Part shown: one piece after another, positions 63,098-64,000 of the stretch
Numbering within the stretch: position 1 is the first letter of the stretch
Layout: every line of letters begins with the position of its first letter
Assembly (NCBI GenBank): GCA_001780275.1
Contig: MFGB01000007.1
Span: 66,280 to 130,279, forward strand
From: Candidatus Falkowbacteria bacterium RIFOXYA2_FULL_47_19
GTDB lineage: Bacteria > Patescibacteriota > Patescibacteriia > Patescibacteriales > UBA12075
DNA: 64,000 bases
Direction of reading: 5' to 3'
Made by a program: the position numbers and the translations under genes
The notes under the pieces: generated by a model
What the model was told of the DNA's origin: nothing
Databases searched by the model: none
The model's input: only the letters and a program-made list of their open reading frames with translations

Positions 63098-63860
63098 ACC
63101 GATAAAACGCGAAAATATTGAGGCTGTGGTTGCGGGCGAAACGCAGGAAATACTTGATTACGAGAACGGCCGTAAAAAAAGCGAAAACAAAAGCTATCGC
63201 CAATACCGTTGATTCGCTCTCGTTTAATCCGGCATTGAAAAGATGCGGGATTTTTTTTACGGCCGCGCCGGCAATAATAGGTATGGATAAAATAAAAGAG
63301 AACCTGATAGACGCTTCTCTCTGGAGTCCGGCCCCTAAACCTGCTATAATAGTAATACCGGACCGGGAAGTGCCGGGGATAAGCGCGAGCGCTTGCGCGC
63401 AACCGATAAAGAACACCTGGCGCGCGTTTAACGCGGTATATTCTTTTACCCGACGGCTGTATTTTTCAAAAATAATAAAAAGTGATCCGACTACCGTCAA
63501 CATGACTATCACCAACCACGGCGAGCGCAGAACATTTTCGATATAATCGTCAAATACCGCGCCGACCAAAGCGGCCGGGATCGTGGCCAGGATAATGAGC
63601 CAGGCTAATCGCCCGTCATCGTTCTTTTCTCCCCCGAGACTTCTGATCCAGCCGGTTATAAGACGCCAAACTTCCACTCGCAAAAAATAAATAACCGCGA
63701 AAAGCGTGGCTAAATGCAGAGTAACATCAAAAACCGCCTCATTGTCGATCGGCAAAGCGATAAGTTCATGAAGGACGACTAAATGGCCGGAACTGGAAAC
63801 CGGCAGAAATTCCGTAATTCCCTGAACGATACCGAAAATTATAGCGTTTATATACATCAT
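63057..63860 (-). CDS. uppP: Undecaprenyl-diphosphate phosphatase
   Basis: Motifs are GIVQGITEFLPVSSSGHLVV and PGTSRSGITI. Confidence 0.92.
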   Translation of the reverse strand: MMYINAIIFGIVQGITEFLPVSSSGHLVVLHELIALPIDNEAVFDVTLHLATLFAVIYFLRVEVWRLITGWIRSLGGEKNDDGRLAWLIILATIPAALVGAVFDDYIENVLRSPWLVIVMLTVVGSLFIIFEKYSRRVKEYTALNARQVFFIGCAQALALIPGTSRSGITIIAGLGAGLQREASIRFSFILSIPIIAGAAVKKIPHLFNAGLNESESTVLAIAFVFAFFTAVLVIKYFLRFARNHSLNIFAFYRFILAAILIVYFWP

Positions 63861-63889
63861 AAAACATCAATTACATTAAAAAACATCTT

Positions 63890-64000
63890 ATGTATAATAT
63901 TCTCATTATACCTCTGGTGGCGGGGGCGCTGGCCCAAATTATAAAATTCATCATCAGATCCAATCAGCAAAAAATTTCCTGGAGATACGTCTTCGCTTAT
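63890..64000 (+). CDS. Partial CDS, divergent PAP2/DUF212-like membrane protein (N-terminal 37 aa, runs off window)
   Basis: From the ATG at 63890 the frame is open to the window end. The translation is MYNILIIPLVAGALAQIIKFIIRSNQQKISWRYVFAY. The family call is tentative. Confidence 0.4.
   Translation, partial: MYNILIIPLVAGALAQIIKFIIRSNQQKISWRYVFAY

Overview
The window reads as chromosomal DNA from a small-genome, CPR/Patescibacteria-like bacterium. That placement is an inference from gene content: a minimal dcw block (mraZ-rsmH-ftsL-ftsI-murF), a half-length TsaB, giant sortase-type surface proteins and many orphan genes. The genetic code looks standard, because TGA, TAA and TAG all terminate well-supported genes. 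There are about 50 CDS, most on the minus strand.

Layout:
- 1-14.7 kb: an adhesin island of four same-strand surface proteins (one partial, then 1633, 1258 and 542 aa). It also holds a membrane-protein gene split by a single in-frame TAA.
- 14.9-21.5 kb: an envelope-glycan cluster (O-antigen-ligase-like/TPR protein, two GT4 glycosyltransferases, a WbaP-like priming transferase).
- ~21.56-22.0 kb: a type-A RNase P RNA on the minus strand.
- 22.1-24.2 kb: an accessory patch with a consensus promoter driving a hairpin sRNA candidate, followed by a 3-gene operon that carries one unknown ~100-aa domain three times.
- 24.4-43.6 kb: housekeeping genes (GT2, a trypsin-like protease, tgt, corA, dus, cysS, cysK, the dcw block, tsaB).
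- 43.6-56.1 kb: an accessory block. It contains a secreted protein/OmpA-like/lipoprotein operon, a 1626-aa charged giant protein, orphan genes, an HTH regulator and a propeller protein.
- 56.2-64 kb: rplJ-rplL, mltG, a sugar nucleotidyltransferase, a CAP-domain protein and uppP.

Most unusual signals:
- A dispersed family of 7-nt-periodic arrays lies at gene boundaries, and one subfamily is also inserted in tgt, in RNase P RNA and in a GT4 5' end.
- A 29-nt palindrome family occurs in four copies.
- The triplicated-domain operon has no recognisable family.
- A 12-bp microsatellite sits inside cysS.
- Three adhesins share a conserved NMSF/L leader motif.

No tRNA, rRNA, CRISPR array or transposase was seen. 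All family names come from motif recognition by eye, not from database searches.
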